64,000 nt of DNA from Octopus vulgaris. Lineage: Eukaryota. How positions within the stretch are numbered: the stretch's first letter is position 1; each line of letters begins with the position of its first letter. Below the pieces are notes generated by a model that saw nothing but the letters and a program-made list of their open reading frames with translations, was not told the DNA's origin and made no database searches. Of this stretch, positions 25,740-41,140 are shown piece by piece. Made by a program: the position numbers and the translations under genes. The DNA lies in contig OX597816.1 of NCBI GenBank assembly GCA_951406725.2, positions 33,046,001-33,110,000 on the forward strand. The letters are read 5' to 3'.

Positions 25740-26760
25740 CGGGATCGGGTTAAGTGTATTAAAACCAACAACGCGTTATGTAAGCTCAGTCTTCCAAGCA
25801 GCCATACCACTTTCTAGAAACTGCAAAATGTTAGCTGGAATACCAAAAACCTTTCCAAACATTCTGCTATCAAACCAAGTGGCACCATGTCATAAGCCTT
25901 GCGGTAATCGATTCAAGCAATGGCAAGGATTTTGAGCCTTCTTTCACAATCTTAAGGATCTTGTATCAATCAATAATTCATTTTAATCCCCTTGTTTCTT
26001 CCCTTACAGCCATGTGGTCTTCAGATAATGTCTCCTCCAAATATTCAGTCATTGATTCAGCAATGACACCTGCCATAAGCATCCACATAATGGAAAAAGC
26101 AAGAGATAGGTCTAAAGTTATCATTTGCTTTTTCTATACCGGTATCCATCAAACACAAGATCGTTCACCAAAAGGTTAGCCAATCTAGCAACCCCTCTTC
26201 TCCATTCAATGTTATTCAGTTGCACAGCAATTCCCATGTGGAAGTCCCTCAGCTTTTACAATCAGATTTCTTGTACACCATCTCTGTCGGGTGCTTTCCA
26301 ACTTATTGGAGATTTACCAAATGTTATCCCTGATTCTTCCTGTTGATTATCTCCAATGCCAATTTTTATGTTTTGTAAGCCACTCTAAATTTCTGTTGTG
26401 CTCTTTTCCTACTCCCCGGACATCACTTTAATACTCTTTACTTTTATCTGCATCAGGGGTTACTTCATCAATCCTAATGAGGAATTAAATAATTCTTTTC
26501 AATCGCCATCTCAGAAAGCAATCTCTTTTTTGCTTATTGCCCTTGCCTGATCACAAATTCTCTGTTCAGTTGGCTCAAAAGCCATATCTCCAACTATTCC
26601 TGTAACATCGTTTGTCTATATCCTCTAATTGGCACACAGTTTGCATTCACAGGCTTGCTTTTAAAGTAATACTCCATTACAGCATTGTTTACATCTTTAC
26701 TCCACTTCTAACAGTACTATGGTGACGAGCGGTCTGCGCTTCCCATACACATTCCATCGT
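25740..26760 (-). mobile_element. R4/Dong-type LINE remnant (N-terminal domain plus first half of RT)
   Basis: Minus strand gives KWSKDVNNAVMEYYF...GYRQ...EQRICDQARAI, WKAPDRDG, NFRPISC, ELLID and IA*IDYRKAYDMVP. Confidence 0.88.
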
Positions 26761-26769
26761 CCAAACGAG

Positions 26770-28860
26770 ACACATACCTAATGCGCTTGCAATGATAGGA
26801 ATTATTTCTGTTTTTAGGCTCCACTTTCAAGTTCACTCTATTTTCAGATCTTTGTATTTCGAAAATTTCACCGTTTCTTTTAGAGAACTGTTGTCATCTG
26901 TTGATATTGATATATCGATTGGAAAGTACTATTTTTTCTTGGTGATCTCTGACAACTATATCCAGCTTATTGGCCTTAATGTTTTCTATCTGTGTTTATT
27001 GTCATATCCCAGAGAATGGTGCCTTTCTAATTTATTTTATATGACCATTTTCAGGAGTGTGCATATACGATATTTTTCTTTTCTGATTGCATAGTGTTTA
27101 CATGGCTTCGACATGTCTATGAATATAATCTTTCTTAGCCAAGAAAATATGAGTTATTGTTTCTTCTCCATCACCACATATTCTGCAAGTACTTGTATTT
27201 CTCTTCATTACGTGTTTTGGGTAATTTGTGGTGAGAAGGCTTTCATCTTATGCTGCAATTAAGAATCTTTCCGTTTCTGTTTTAAGCCCTGAGCTTCTCA
27301 AACATTTGGAGGATTTTGCTTTGTCTATTTCCTTTTTATTTAGCTTACCCCAATATTTGTATTTGCCATGCAGGGGCTTTTCTTGCCTTTGTTTTATCAT
27401 GATACGCTGTTGTTCCAGTTATAGTTACAATTTACAGCCTTTGCTATTTCTTTCCCTTCATAGATGTCTGGTACTATGACCTCCTTTTTGAATTTTTCAG
27501 CCTCATTAAATATAGAACACAGCTTTTTGTTTTGCTCGTATTTTGAGGACATTTGTATCAGTTTTTCTTTTTCTGACTATTTTGAATAGATCATTTAGAG
27601 ACTAGTTGAAATATATGTACCTTATAACTGGGACGGCTAAAGTGTTGATACTTATCTTCTTTTTCGCATTCAGCTCTGTTTTCCATATTAATCTAAATCG
27701 TATATCGCGTTCCTTCCTTGTCTTCTCTTTCATTTGTGTATGTTATATCGTATCTAGTTCATTGATACCTAAGTATTTGTATGTCTGGCTTTGGCATAAT
27801 TCTCATATTTCATTTGTTTTATCTAGAGTGATGTTGTTACTCTTAACTGGTTTTCCTCTTTTTAAGGTTGCATTGACACATTTTTCTCAGAAAAATTTCA
27901 TGTTTATTTTTTTGTAAATTCATGTACTGTCTGTAATAAAGCTTCCATCTGTTTATCTGTTTCTAGTAACGTTTCCATCTGTTTATCATTTGTAGCATAC
28001 AGTTTTAGATCATCCATAAACAAAAAGTGGTTGATTGTTTCCCTGATTACTGTATCCCCATCGAGTTCTGTTTAGCATGTCAGATAAAGCTGTCAATGCC
28101 AAGCAGAAAAGGAGTGAAGAGAGCGTGTGGCCCTGGTATATTTCTCTTCTGATGGGGATGCCTTTGGATGTTATGAATCCCTTTTTTTCTGGAGTTGTAG
28201 CCATTCTTGCAATTTATTCATGGAATGGTTTATGTATATTATGATTATTGGTGCTACCTTGTTCATGGCTAGTATTTCTAGAATAGTATTCCCCATACTA
28301 TCAAGAACCTTTCGATAATTGATACAGGCCGCACATAGACCTTCTTCATTCTTCAGCTGGCTTCAGTTAGAGCTTTGTTGATCTGTAGCTGATCTTTACA
28401 ACCGTATGAGACCTCACATCATTCCCTCTGCTCTTTTGGAAAAAAGGTTGTTTTCTCCTCTTCAACATGTTTGCCCATTATCTGTGATATTATTGCAGTA
28501 AAAGCTTTGTAAATTGTAGCGGGTGACAAGTTATCGGTCTGTACTGTAGTGGATTTGCCGTTTCAGTGGGCTTGGGAATTAGGATGGTTTTCCCTTCCGG
28601 GAGCCATTCAGGCATTGTCTGTTTTTTTTCATTTTTTGGTATCTCATTATATTGCTCAGCCACCGTTTTATGCATTCTTCTCAGATATTCTTACTAGAAA
28701 TTGAGAATCTTGTGCCTGAGTGCCTTCCATTTGCTTAGCTTTTGCAGTTTTTTTTTTTTGTTGGGAGGGGGTTTAGTTTTAGGAGAGTCTTCAGGAGTTC
28801 TTCAGGCGCTGTGTTTGTTATATTGATAGATCTTTTCTGAGGTTGTTCATTCACCGACCA
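26770..28860 (-). mobile_element. R4/Dong-type LINE remnant (RT plus RLE endonuclease)
   Basis: PEWLPEGKTILIPK...YRPITC, IRREIYQGHTLSSLLFCLAL, HFLFMDDLKLYA, ILWDMTINTDR..ANKLDIVV, KYKDLKIE and PIIASALG. Frameshifted. Confidence 0.92.
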
Positions 28861-28884
28861 TATTTCTTTCCAAACTATTTCCAC

Positions 28885-29193
<309 letters not shown>

Positions 29194-29229
29194 TTGTTCA
29201 TACCACTTCTTTACTCTTTGCAGGTTGTG

Positions 29230-30247
<1,018 letters not shown>

Positions 30248-30254
30248 GTCGTTG

Positions 30255-30485
30255 TTTTATCAAGTAACTTTAGAAGCCAAATATCCTTGCTGTCCCTAAT
30301 AAGACTGGAGTTGTACTAAACTGGACTTAATACCTATTTCTTTTATCCATCTGTTCGGATCTTTAGTGATAGTTCTCAATACACCTATAACTACTGGGAT
30401 GCATTTTACCTGCACTTTCCATACTCTCTGTAATTCAATAGCCCGGTCCTGGTACTTTCAATGATTTTAATACTTTCACATAGAA
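30255..30485 (-). mobile_element. R4/Dong-type LINE 3' end fragment
   Basis: [27 protein letters not shown]...LLGTARI, ending at (AAT)n on the minus strand. Confidence 0.82.
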
Positions 30486-30946
30486 TGTTGATGATAGTCA
30501 TAACATTAATAGCTCCTAGGATTGATGAGATACCTGCTAGGTGACGTGAAAAAATGGTTAAATCAACAGAATGACTTATGTGGGCTAAACTCTTTGAGAT
30601 GGGGATAAACAGTTCATCCGGTTCCTAAATATCTTTCTACTGCAGCTGATGATAATACTAGGTTTAGAGAAGGTGGTAGAAATCAGAAGTCTATATTATT
30701 TATTCGAGGGGATGGTATATCTGGAGCTTCTAATATTAGGAGCTCCAGATATAGCATTCTCCAATTATAACGGGTATGAACAGAAAAAATATTAATACAA
30801 ATGCATGAGCTGTAATAAATAATTCTTATTACTTATATCATCAACATACTATGTGAAGGCCATTAGGTTTATGGTTGTCGTTGTTGTTGACTACCTGTAC
30901 CCTTCTCATGACTAATATTACACGCTTATATATGCCAAATCCTATG

Positions 30947-31357
30947 CTCTTTACTCTTTTACTCTTTTACTTGTTTCAGTCATTTGACTGCGGCCATGCT
31001 GGAGCACCGCCTTTAGTCGAGCAAATCGACCCCGGGACTTATTCTTTGTAAGCCCAGTACTTATTCTATCGGTCTCTTTTTGCCGAACCGCTAAGTGACG
31101 GGGATGTAAACACACCAGCATCGGTTGTCAATCGATGGTGGGAGGACAAACACAGACACACAAACATATACACACACATACATATACATATATACGACAG
31201 GCTTCTTTCAGTTTCCGTCTACCAAATCCACTCACAAGGCTGTGGTCAGCCCGAGGCTATAGCAGAAGACACTTGCCCAAGATGCCACGCAGTGGGACTG
31301 AACCCGGAACCATGTGGTTGGTAAGCAAGCTACTTACCACACAACCACTCCTGCGCC
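30947..31357 (-). mobile_element. CORE-type tRNA SINE (family A), young copy
   Basis: Near identical to 63097-63490; possible target-site duplication CCTATG. Confidence 0.94.
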
Positions 31358-31374
31358 TATGACTATATATTTAC

Positions 31375-31600
31375 TGAAGAGTCTTACAGAGGTAACACTT
31401 ACATCTATTAGTCTACAAGAATTTTCTTCACGGCCTTTAATTATATCTCGTCGATTAGCCTGGATCGCTCTGTCAGTATGGACTGGAAAATACCAGAGGA
31501 TCGTGACATTTTTACCTTCGACGATGATGGCTCAGGATGAAGTACATACCAGTAAGCAGGAGTGCTGATTTTGTAGAGTTTCCTTATTTTCCTACATTTC
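31375..31600 (-). mobile_element. R4/Dong-type RLE fragment
   Basis: EGKNVTILWYFPVHTDRAIQANRRDII...CRLIDVSV. Confidence 0.8.
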
Positions 31601-31639
31601 TTCTTGTTCTTCTTCTTGTTCTTCTTGTTCTTCTTCTTG

Positions 31640-31735
<96 letters not shown>

Positions 31736-31746
31736 TTAGTATTATT
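31597..31746. repeat. Compound (TTC/TTG)n-(TTA)n-(TAG)n microsatellite
   Basis: Directly visible. Confidence 0.95.
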
Positions 31747-31749
31747 CCT

Positions 31750-33400
31750 TCGTAAGAGTGTAGGTAAAAATGCACCGGAGTCTTTACTCACCTGTCAAGT
31801 CACAACAAGGACCGTAGACGGATAATACTTTCCTTAAGATGTATCTGTGCTCAATAAGTCTGATTTTGCAAGACATCAATCTCGCATGGGATTTCCAGTT
31901 GCCTTCAGAAGTATTGAGGTTTCAATGAGATTGATCCCTACACTCTGATCACCACTGGTATCACTTTACATTACTCTCTCGCGTTCCATACAGTCTTGCC
32001 CTTTCCACTTTCACCTCAGAGTAGTTGGTGACTTTTTCAAACTCTTTACTCACAAAGTTCATCTCATTTGGTATGGCTACACCAATGGTCTGACGGTATT
32101 TGTCTGTCATACACAATATGACAATGTCCGGCCGACGGTGTTCGAGTATACGATCCGTCTGAAAATCATAGTCTCAGAGTATCATTCCTTTCCCATCCTC
32201 CTGCATAACTTTACTTGGTACATGCTCATACCAGTTCTCTGTTACTTCATGTCGGTATTTACGGCATAAGAGCCAATGAATTACACACACACACTTTATA
32301 GTGGTGGCGCTGGTATTATTTTTGTGCAAGGCTCTCACATCCGCTCACCAAATGGGTCATATTTCCCCTACTCTTTCCACAGAGTCTGCATTTCTGTGTG
32401 TCAGAGATTCATAGATGATATACTTCACTGAATTGCTTGCGAGACCCTGGTCTTGTGCATCAGTGATCAGGCTTTCGGTGTTACGCTTCAAATCACCTCG
32501 CTCAAGCCATGCCCACGATGCTGTATACGGTATTATCTTTAACATCCCGTGTATTTCTTTCAAACTGTCCATGCATTCTCATTTCAAGAAGGTCTTCTTT
32601 TCTCTTCTCAGCCCTTTGGTTTAACTCTTCCTTGCCCATCATTTCATCTGCATTTACACACATATCTTTCGCGGCATATTGCAGCAGTTCTTCATCATTA
32701 TTTATCAAATAATCGGCAAGCGTTCTCTTTCACTCTTTATACAATGGTCTGCCACCATTATTTCCTTTCCTTTACGTTGGCTTTAGGGTGTAGAGCCCCA
32801 TGTAGCTTCATCAACTTTCTCGTCCAGAATTGATATTTCTACCTTAGTCCATTTGAGGATGGACACAATATATTTGACTATATCTGATCATCGCAACTGC
32901 CCAGCATTCGTTGCAGTAACCCAACGTTTGGTATGAAGGTTGGATTTCAACAATATCTTCACCCTTTTTTGATACATCTCGCTGACCTTGATTTTCCTTT
33001 CTCTGTATAGTATGTCATCCAGCTCCAAAATCCCTAAATATCTATACCCACTAATGTCGGGTCACCAATGGTCTTTCCTGATGGTAAAAGCAGTCCTCCC
33101 CAGGATCCTATCTTCCCTCTTTTCATATTAATTACTGGTCAGTTGGTAATCACAAATTCCATACCGATGCCCCTACCACACTTCTGCACTTTTTTGGTTC
33201 AGGAATCTATCTGTTTTTCAGATTTCTCAAACAATTTCAGGTAATCCATAAACAGAAGATGGTTCAATGATGCGCCTTCCTTCCCATATATGTAACCCAT
33301 CTTAAACTTACCTAAGTGTCTTTGTTATGGGTATGAGTGCAATTACAACAAGTAACGGAGAAAATGAGTAACCTTGGGAGATACCCCTTTTAATTTTAAC
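31750..33400 (-). mobile_element. R4/Dong-type LINE remnant (RT C-half, CCHC finger, RLE, 3' UTR)
   Basis: NHLLFMDYLKLF, SWAWLERGDLKRNTESLITDAQDQGL, CRLCGK...THLVSGC, IHWLLCRKY...WYEH and DFQTDRILEHRRPDIV. Confidence 0.92.
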
Positions 33401-33649
33401 ATAATACATTACTTGAGTCCAATTTGGTTTTCCACTGTCATGCTATGCATCAGAAAATTTTTGATGTTGTCAGCAACACCAAATATCATCATCATTGTCA
33501 TCATCATAATCATCATCATCATCGCCGTTGCCTTAGTCATCATCATCATCATCAGTAGTAGTAGTAGTAGTAGTAGTAGTATCATTATCTTCATCATCGT
33601 CGTTGACGTCATCGTCGCCGTGGTTGTTGTTCTAAAAGACTTTCGAATA

Positions 33650-33828
33650 ATTCTTAATTACCGGTTATTCTTTACTTGAAAGCAGGCAATAACAAATCAC
33701 CAGAGGTTTTAAGTAGTGTCTTCTCCTGTGATTCAAAGAGACAATACTCTCCTTAGAATGCGAGCTGTACCCAACAATGCTGCGTTCTGGATCACCTCGA
33801 GCCTGATAGCAGCTCCAATATTTTTAAT
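33650..33828 (-). mobile_element. R4/Dong-type LINE extreme 3' end
   Basis: IKNIGAAIRLEVIQNAALLGTARILRRVLSL* (end of ORF 33733..33969), between (CAT)n tracts. Confidence 0.82.
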
Positions 33829-33889
33829 ATCATCATCATCATCATCATCATCATCATCGTCGTCGTCGTCGTCGTTATGGTCGTCGTCG

Positions 33890-33924
<35 letters not shown>

Positions 33925-34079
33925 GTTGTGATTGTTGTCGTTGCCATTCTGTTGTCTTATATTTTTCACATGCTTTCACTGCCCTATAAGAGAGGCAAGG
34001 AAGAAATATGTATTTCATACGAAATTAGGTCAGAATAAGATTAACTACTAAGTATAAGCATAACCAAAGATCAAGAAGT

Positions 34080-34890
34080 CATTGAAAAAATATGATCTTG
34101 CACGATGACATCTTCAGAGAAGTCACAAGGAACACAGATCCAAGTTAACGTGGGATGTAATTGAAAAATAATGACCGGAGAATGAAACCGATGGCTTCCT
34201 GTTCGCAACACGGGAACAAAGTACATGAAATTTAGGATTTAGCAGTCCTTACAACATGTCAAATATAAAAATGTGGCCAAACTGGCGTGGCACATTTTAA
34301 ATGGACGTTGAAATTGGCTCAGCAAGTATACAAGTGAAGGAATTACAATGTCGATAGACAGACTCACTGAAAACTAGATTTGACTCGAAAAGACGAGAAA
34401 ATGAGATGGACACGAGTCAAAGTGTGTGTTAGAATGATATTTAGGAAACACATGATCCAATATTATCATCGAATAGACCACTGGAAACTAAATGTTCTAC
34501 TGGAACATAGCGGTGAAAAGAGAACATTTTCATAGAAATCTTGTTTCCTAGTACAGCAGTATCGTAGACAAAGATAGAGAAAGAGAAAACCTGATGGAAA
34601 TTTGAAGTTTATAAGTAATGAAAAACATGTATATTCAGCCAATATTTTTGGTGCCTTTGTTACAGTGAGCAAAGAAACAGAAAAATAGTTGGAAAGAATT
34701 AGCATAAGACTGAAAACAGAGCGCATACAGAAAACAGCATTACTTGGCAGTGCAAAAAGTCTCCACAAAGTTCTCGAGGTTTGCAAGAACGTACTTTTTA
34801 CATGACCGGGAGTGAATAGCTAGTTGTCTTAGTCACACTCACAGCAACAGTGTATAACATATGTAATAAGAACAACAAGGGCAATATTAA
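34080..34890 (+). mobile_element. Old R4/Dong-type LINE 3' remnant
   Basis: ETDGFLFATREQ and ERIQKTALLGSAKSLHKVLEV on the plus strand. Confidence 0.75.
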
Positions 34891-34914
34891 TAATAATTAT
34901 TTATTTCTATGATA

Positions 34915-35116
34915 GACACACGGCCTTAGACTTGAGTGTGGGGGAGCTAGTCGATTACATCGAACCCAGTGGGCGACTGATACTCGAGTGATTGTCCTCT
35001 AAAGGATAAAAAGTATATTCGACCTCGGCGGAAATTGAACTAGGAATGTAAATCCATAAGAAATGTCGCTAAGCAATTTATCCAATGTATTAATTATTCT
35101 ACCGGATCTCTGCCTT
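34915..35116 (-). mobile_element. SINE family C
   Basis: Reverse complement of family C (GTCGATTACATCGA.CCCAGT...CGACCTCGGCGGAA). Confidence 0.8.
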
Positions 35117-35180
35117 AATAATAACAACGTCGACAACGTCGAAGACGACGATGACGACCAAGACAAGGATTACGATTATG

Positions 35181-35290
35181 TGGATTTCAAATTTTAGAAC
35201 AAGGGGAGGAGCTACATCGATTTCCTCGACGCCAGTGCTCAAACATTACTTATTTTATCGAGCCCGAAATGATGAAAGGCAAAATAACGT
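35181..35290 (-). mobile_element. SINE family C, 3' half
   Basis: TTTTATCGAGCCCGAAATGATGAAAGGCAAA matches the reverse complement of the central block. Confidence 0.6.
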
Positions 35291-35404
35291 TTACTATCAC
35301 CACACTATATTACTTTTGTTCATATTTTTGTCGTCGTGGTAGTCATCGTATTCTTTTTTTCTTTTTGTTTGGCAACATCTTCCTAACATCATTTTCCTCA
35401 AGAC

Positions 35405-35443
35405 TACCATCACCATCATCATCATCATCATCATCATCACCAC

Positions 35444-35481
<38 letters not shown>

Positions 35482-35482
35482 A

Positions 35483-35517
<35 letters not shown>

Positions 35518-35870
35518 ACACCTCTGCCGTCATCACCACCATGATTATTATCACCACTGCTGATTACAACCTGTATCACATTACTTTCATAATTGTCATA
35601 ATTATTATCATCGTCAACGTCGTGGTCATCATCGTCATCGTCGTCGTGGTCGTCGTTGTCGTCGTCGTCGTCGTTGTCGTCGTCGTCGTTATCATCACCA
35701 CCACCACCACCAGCATCATCATTCTCATCCTCCTCCTTATCATCATCATCATTGTCTTCACCAACATCAACATCCCTACGCCATCATGATTATCATCAAC
35801 AACATCCTCATCATCACTACCACCACCACAGCCACCACCACCACCAATACCATCATCTTCATCACCATCG
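35405..35870. repeat. Compound (CAT)n/(CGT)n/(CAC)n low-complexity tract
   Basis: Directly visible. Confidence 0.93.
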
Positions 35871-36954
35871 CTTGCTCCGTTGATTCCTCATCCTCACCTT
35901 CTTGTCCCAATGTTTATTCAATTGCATTTTCCCCGCCTTTTATTCACATTCCATCAATCATACATTTAACTGCTTCATATTTTATGACAATAAGTTGTGT
36001 CTCAATGGTTCATCACTATAAAATCCTCTGTTCATAGGTGGCATAATCGATTTAATCTTATGTTAGCAAGTTAGCAACAAATCAGTTTGACAGTTTCTAC
36101 ATGATTGTTTGACCTGTTTAAATACGCTAGCCATATCTCTTTTAAGTTATATTATTCCTTCTAAAATAAAGAAGGATCCGTTGAATGATATTACCCACGA
36201 TATACAGAACGTGGAACTGGTTATGACGACTACAAAGTTCGCAAAGACTGTCTGGGTCAGAGATGATCTTGGCCTAAAGAACAAGATCAAGATTAAGATT
36301 TTATGGTCACATTCTTCCCATTTCTGGTATTGACGCTCAAGGAAGAATAGGCTTTCCTGGCCATTGGTACCGTGCAGGATAACAAACCTTACTGGGCGTC
36401 ATATTTCTAACGGTTTTGACTCTCTAACACAGTGTAAAGAAATCTAATTTACATCGAAGTATTTAACAGAATTTCACAGCATGAAACTGAGTATCTTTAA
36501 ACGATAATAAGAGACAAATATTTCTCGTTCGAATTGCGAAATTCGCCACGGGTTCAAACCCTTGAAGATAAAGTATCATAGAAATAATAAAACCGACAAA
36601 CAGCCATAAACTTTTCGTTTCATGGCATATTATTTGAAATTCAAAACAGTATCAGTGCTGTGTGTATTTTTCCTCCTTAATTAAACCTACTAATATTTCT
36701 GCTATGCAAACTTCTTAAACCAACATTCCTCGTAAAGAGGATCTTCTAGATGGTCGTTGGAACTACTGTTGAAGTGAATCGGTCGACCAACATAACAAAA
36801 CCACCTGGCACATAGGATAGCTTTAGCAGCATCCACTCTTAAGAGTATTCCAGACACGCAATTCTGTCCCACTGCCCCAGAAATGTCCAATCATTCCACC
36901 TGTAATTACAGCAATACGGTACGTGTATGTGTGTGTGTGTGTTTATACCTATGC

Positions 36955-37007
<53 letters not shown>

Positions 37008-37012
<5 letters not shown>

Positions 37013-37077
37013 CTATATTTGTTCCACGTCCTCGCGTTGTTATGTTTTTTTGTGTTTTCTTGTTTGGATTAACTTTA
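37008..37077 (+). mobile_element. Family P1 3'-terminal fragment inside (TA)n
   Basis: Matches 49278-49347 (AATACTATATTTGTTCCAC...TTTGGATTAACTTTATAT). Confidence 0.8.
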
Positions 37078-37158
37078 TATATATATATATATATATATAT
37101 ACATACATATACATACATATGTGCATATATATATATGCATATACATACATAAATATAC

Positions 37159-37568
37159 GCGCAGGAGTGGCTGTGTGGTAAGTAGCTTGCTTACCAACCA
37201 CATGGTTCCAGTTTCAGTCCTACTGCGTGGCATCTTGGGCAAGTGTCTTCTGCTATAGCCTCGGGCCGACCAATGCCTTGTTAATGGATTTGGTAGACGG
37301 AAACTGAAATAAGCCTGTCGTATATATGCATATATATATATATGTATGTGTGTGTATGTGTTTGTGTGTCTGTGTTTGTCCCTCTAGCATTGCTTGACAA
37401 CCGATGCTGGTGTGTTTACCTAGCGGTTCGGCAAAAGAACCCGATAGAATAAGTACTGGGCTTACAAAGAATAAGTTCCGGGGTCGATTTGCTCGACTAA
37501 AGGCGGTGGTCTAGCATGGCTGCAGTCATATGACTGAAACAAGTAGAAGAGTAAAAGAGTAAAAGAGT
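37159..37568 (+). mobile_element. CORE-type tRNA SINE (family A)
   Basis: Full-length match with a GTAAAAGA tandem tail. Confidence 0.93.
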
Positions 37569-37614
37569 ATATGTATATTTATGCATATATATATGTATAT
37601 TATGTATACATATA

Positions 37615-37646
<32 letters not shown>

Positions 37647-39472
37647 GGTATATATATATATATATCTTATTTGCATAATTGCATAAGTATATGCTATAAT
37701 ATATATATACGTGTGTGAATGTATATATTTATGCATTAAGACTTCAGATTTGAGAGTGTTCGATATTTCTCACCTACATACATTTCCGTTGTTTTCTCTA
37801 AGAATAACAACCATGGGTAGGCTACTTTCTTGGCTGAACAAACTGCTGTAAAGGCATTTCCTTTAAATCCATTGACTCAGCCTATTTTCCACTTATTGTA
37901 TTAGGATTTCGAAGTTCTCCGCGTTATCGTGTGATTTAATACTCGCTATTAAATCACGAGCCACAGTCACTTTCATTACTGACATTTTTCTATTTCGATT
38001 ACAATGTTTCATGTTAGAAGCAGTTGAAACAATGTTTCTGTGAACTTTTAGGTTGAATGTTATAGGGAAAGGTTACTTTAAAACGATATTCAACGAGAAG
38101 GACATATGTAATGGGAAACATCTACTTAAATTGAAATGTCTCCATGGAACAAAACTTAAATAAAATTTACCAATGAATCGCTGTATTCTAGAGTACAATA
38201 ATAATGTAGAAACTCATTAATCAGTATTATTGCTGAAAAGCCATTAGTAGTGAGTATAGGAATGGATTAGAGTTGAAATTAAAGCGAAGACTGGATATCG
38301 CAGTGCATTTGTGTATTTTAGATTCAGTCGGAAATAAATGTCACTAATAAGTGAGATACATAGTTTAAATAAATATTAGACGCAAGCATGCCTGTATGGT
38401 TAAAAAGTTCACTTTACAACCACATGGTTTCGTGTTTGATATTACTTTGTAAAGTGCCACGCGACACGCGCAGTTTCGTTATTACCTAGATATAATGAAT
38501 TAATTAATCTCAAAGGAGAAAAGGGCAAGAATTCTCAGTCTATTAATAATATAACTGAAATATGTAGGAAGGTCTGTCTGCGTTTGCACAATTAGAAGCA
38601 GACTATGTTTTACAGAAGAGCTTAAGTAAAATTTAAACTTGCCTGAATGTATATCCATGACAAATTTAAAGTAATTATAAAATATTTTCGGTTTTCTATC
38701 CCAAGTAGTTAATCTGCACTTCGCTCTGTAGTCTCCCTGCAGATGCCACCACAACGAACTTTTCTCAGGTAATGTTCTTCATTTATCTAACCAATAAAAA
38801 TCACTTTCAATAAAATACAATGTGCATTAGTCATTCTACTAATATAGGCAGCGGTGATTGGACAGTGCATCAGAAAGAAGGACTAACATATATTTCGAAG
38901 ATAGAATTCTTTCAAAGCACACTATAATTATTCCATTTCAGTTTAGGTTGGAGAGGGTGAAATTTCGATAGCTGTGAAACTATTCTAAGGATTCTAATGA
39001 CTTATTTTCCATTAGACAATATTTCAGTACCTTCAAAATTACTTGTCACATAACCTCTAATTTGGTAGACTGCGCTTAACTATGTATTAGACATGCAAAT
39101 GTTTACATTACGTATTTCAGTAGCATGTGTGTGTGTATGTATGTATGTATGTATGTATGTATGTATGTATGTATGTACGTACGTAATAATGCATGTATCT
39201 GCATGTGCATATTCAAGATTTTAAGCAATTTTCCCGCATAACTTAATTCAATGTATACGTACTGTATGTAGTTTGAGCATTTTTGAAATAAACACACACA
39301 TACACCCACACACACATACACCAAAACACACACACACATACACACATATACGTGTTTGTGCGTGTGTGTGTCTAGGAGTATATATATATGTGTGCATGTA
39401 TGCATGCATCTGTTTATGTACGTACGTATGAATGTATGTATGTATGCATGCATGTATGTATGAGTTTATAAA

Positions 39473-39650
39473 GGGGGAGAATTCACGAAAAAAAAGCAAA
39501 AGACGAAGACAGGTGGTGTACAAAACAAACGGATATATTAGTATAACGCTCGGGAATTGAAAAAGTCTTTTACGTTTCGAGCCTACGCTCTTTTGAAAGA
39601 AACAAGGTGAGAAAAAATATGTGTAGTGGCTAGCGATCCATCATGGCGAA
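39473..39650 (-). mobile_element. Penelope-like terminal repeat with decayed hammerhead (family P2)
   Basis: Similar to 46511-46710. Minus strand retains GAGC-GTAG-GCTC-GAAA-CGTA-AAAG, but the CUGANGA box is damaged. Confidence 0.65.
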
Positions 39651-39961
39651 ATACATATACACACGAACATCTAAATTTAAGTGACATACCATGTATTTTT
39701 CATTTGTCACTTATCTATTAGGAGTTTCTGTCAATGCACTCTGCCAATATGAGGTACCGCCTTGCAGATTTTGATTCAGACAAATAGATCCCAGTAATTC
39801 ATTTTTTAAAACATGTTACTTTCTGGTATTATGACGGTTTATTTTCCATTTCTGCTAGGTCACATGGACACAATCATTGTTTGCCATATGTTGGGGATTA
39901 AGCAAAAAAAGAAATTCTCTCTCTCACACACACGTCCACACTAACAAACACATACATATAC

Positions 39962-40535
39962 ACAGTGTGTTGCCAAAAGGTCCCTTCGGATTTTTAAGCG
40001 AATATAAAGCACAAGCTTTAAACACAATACTGTTAATTGAAACAGGGTATTGGCGCCACTTCCTTCCACTATGCACAGATGCATAATTTCCTGCTCAAAC
40101 AATTTCCTGTATTTACTAATGAAAGACTGTTGCTGGTAAATGCTTACATACTCTTTCGATTTTTCGGTTTTCCCATTCAATGAATATTCAAAAGAAGATA
40201 ACATGCCGAAAACAAAAGGCCAATATCGTCCGAATATGAAAGGTGCAGTAAAACCTCCTAGCTAAGCACCTTTAACATATACTGCACCTTGCATTGTTGC
40301 AATGAAAGACAATTCATTTATGATTAATAACTGTTGGATGTTTCTGGTGGATCACCACGTTTATTCTGTGCAGTTGGTCGAAATATATCCCAGTTCATGG
40401 TCGTGTCCGTGAGAAGAAGCTTGTGGAATACAGCAACATTCCAATCCCTCCAAATTTAGCTTCTTCTGGTGAAAATCTGCTTTGAAGGTTTTTCGTGGCT
40501 GTTCCTCGGTCAGCATTCTCTTCAGAAAATAGAAA
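39962..40535 (-). pseudogene. Decayed mariner transposase
   Basis: WRDWNVAVFHKLL (cf. WWDxKGVxYxELL), FHCNNAR (cf. HDNARPH), VLLHLSYSDDI (cf. HPPYSPDI) and SLNG. Confidence 0.65.
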
Positions 40536-40565
40536 CGTTTTAATCACGTTTCTGCAAAGAATCGA

Positions 40566-40661
<96 letters not shown>

Positions 40662-40809
40662 ATATATATAATATTGCTATACGTATACATATACGAAATT
40701 GAAACATGTTTACACAGGTATGAATGTATATAAAAATATAGAAACAAATCTAACTATATATACACATACACACTCTCACATATACATATATACACACATA
40801 TACATATTC

Positions 40810-41140
40810 AACTGATATGGGATCCAAACACCGTGACTGCAGACGTAACCAAAATGATGTATATTGTTTTCAACACACAATTCGTATATTTAAGGAATAT
40901 CTACGATCATCCTGGTCCTATAATGGGGTTGATGCCCTGTTCATATCTGTTGGCTTGTCAGAGAGAAGTGCCACTTGAACCGAAACTTTTCCCGATCGAA
41001 AACCATTTCTGACAAACGCGCTTTGTAACAACACCGTCTACATACACAGCACTCATATTCCTGTAGGTCTAAGCGGCTTTCAAGAATTTTTCTTTGTTTT
41101 CCTAAAATGAAAAAAAGAAACCTTCAGGTGTCGTTAATGA
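40810..41140 (+). pseudogene. Possible second decayed mariner fragment
   Basis: HSYS...FLCFPKMKK resembles PYSPDLAPxDFFLFPKMK. Confidence 0.35.

Noticed and set aside
31135-31362. Recurrent short ORFs (SFRLPNPLTRLW..., LSVSVYQ...) suggesting a gene family
   Set aside because: All are translations of family A SINE copies.
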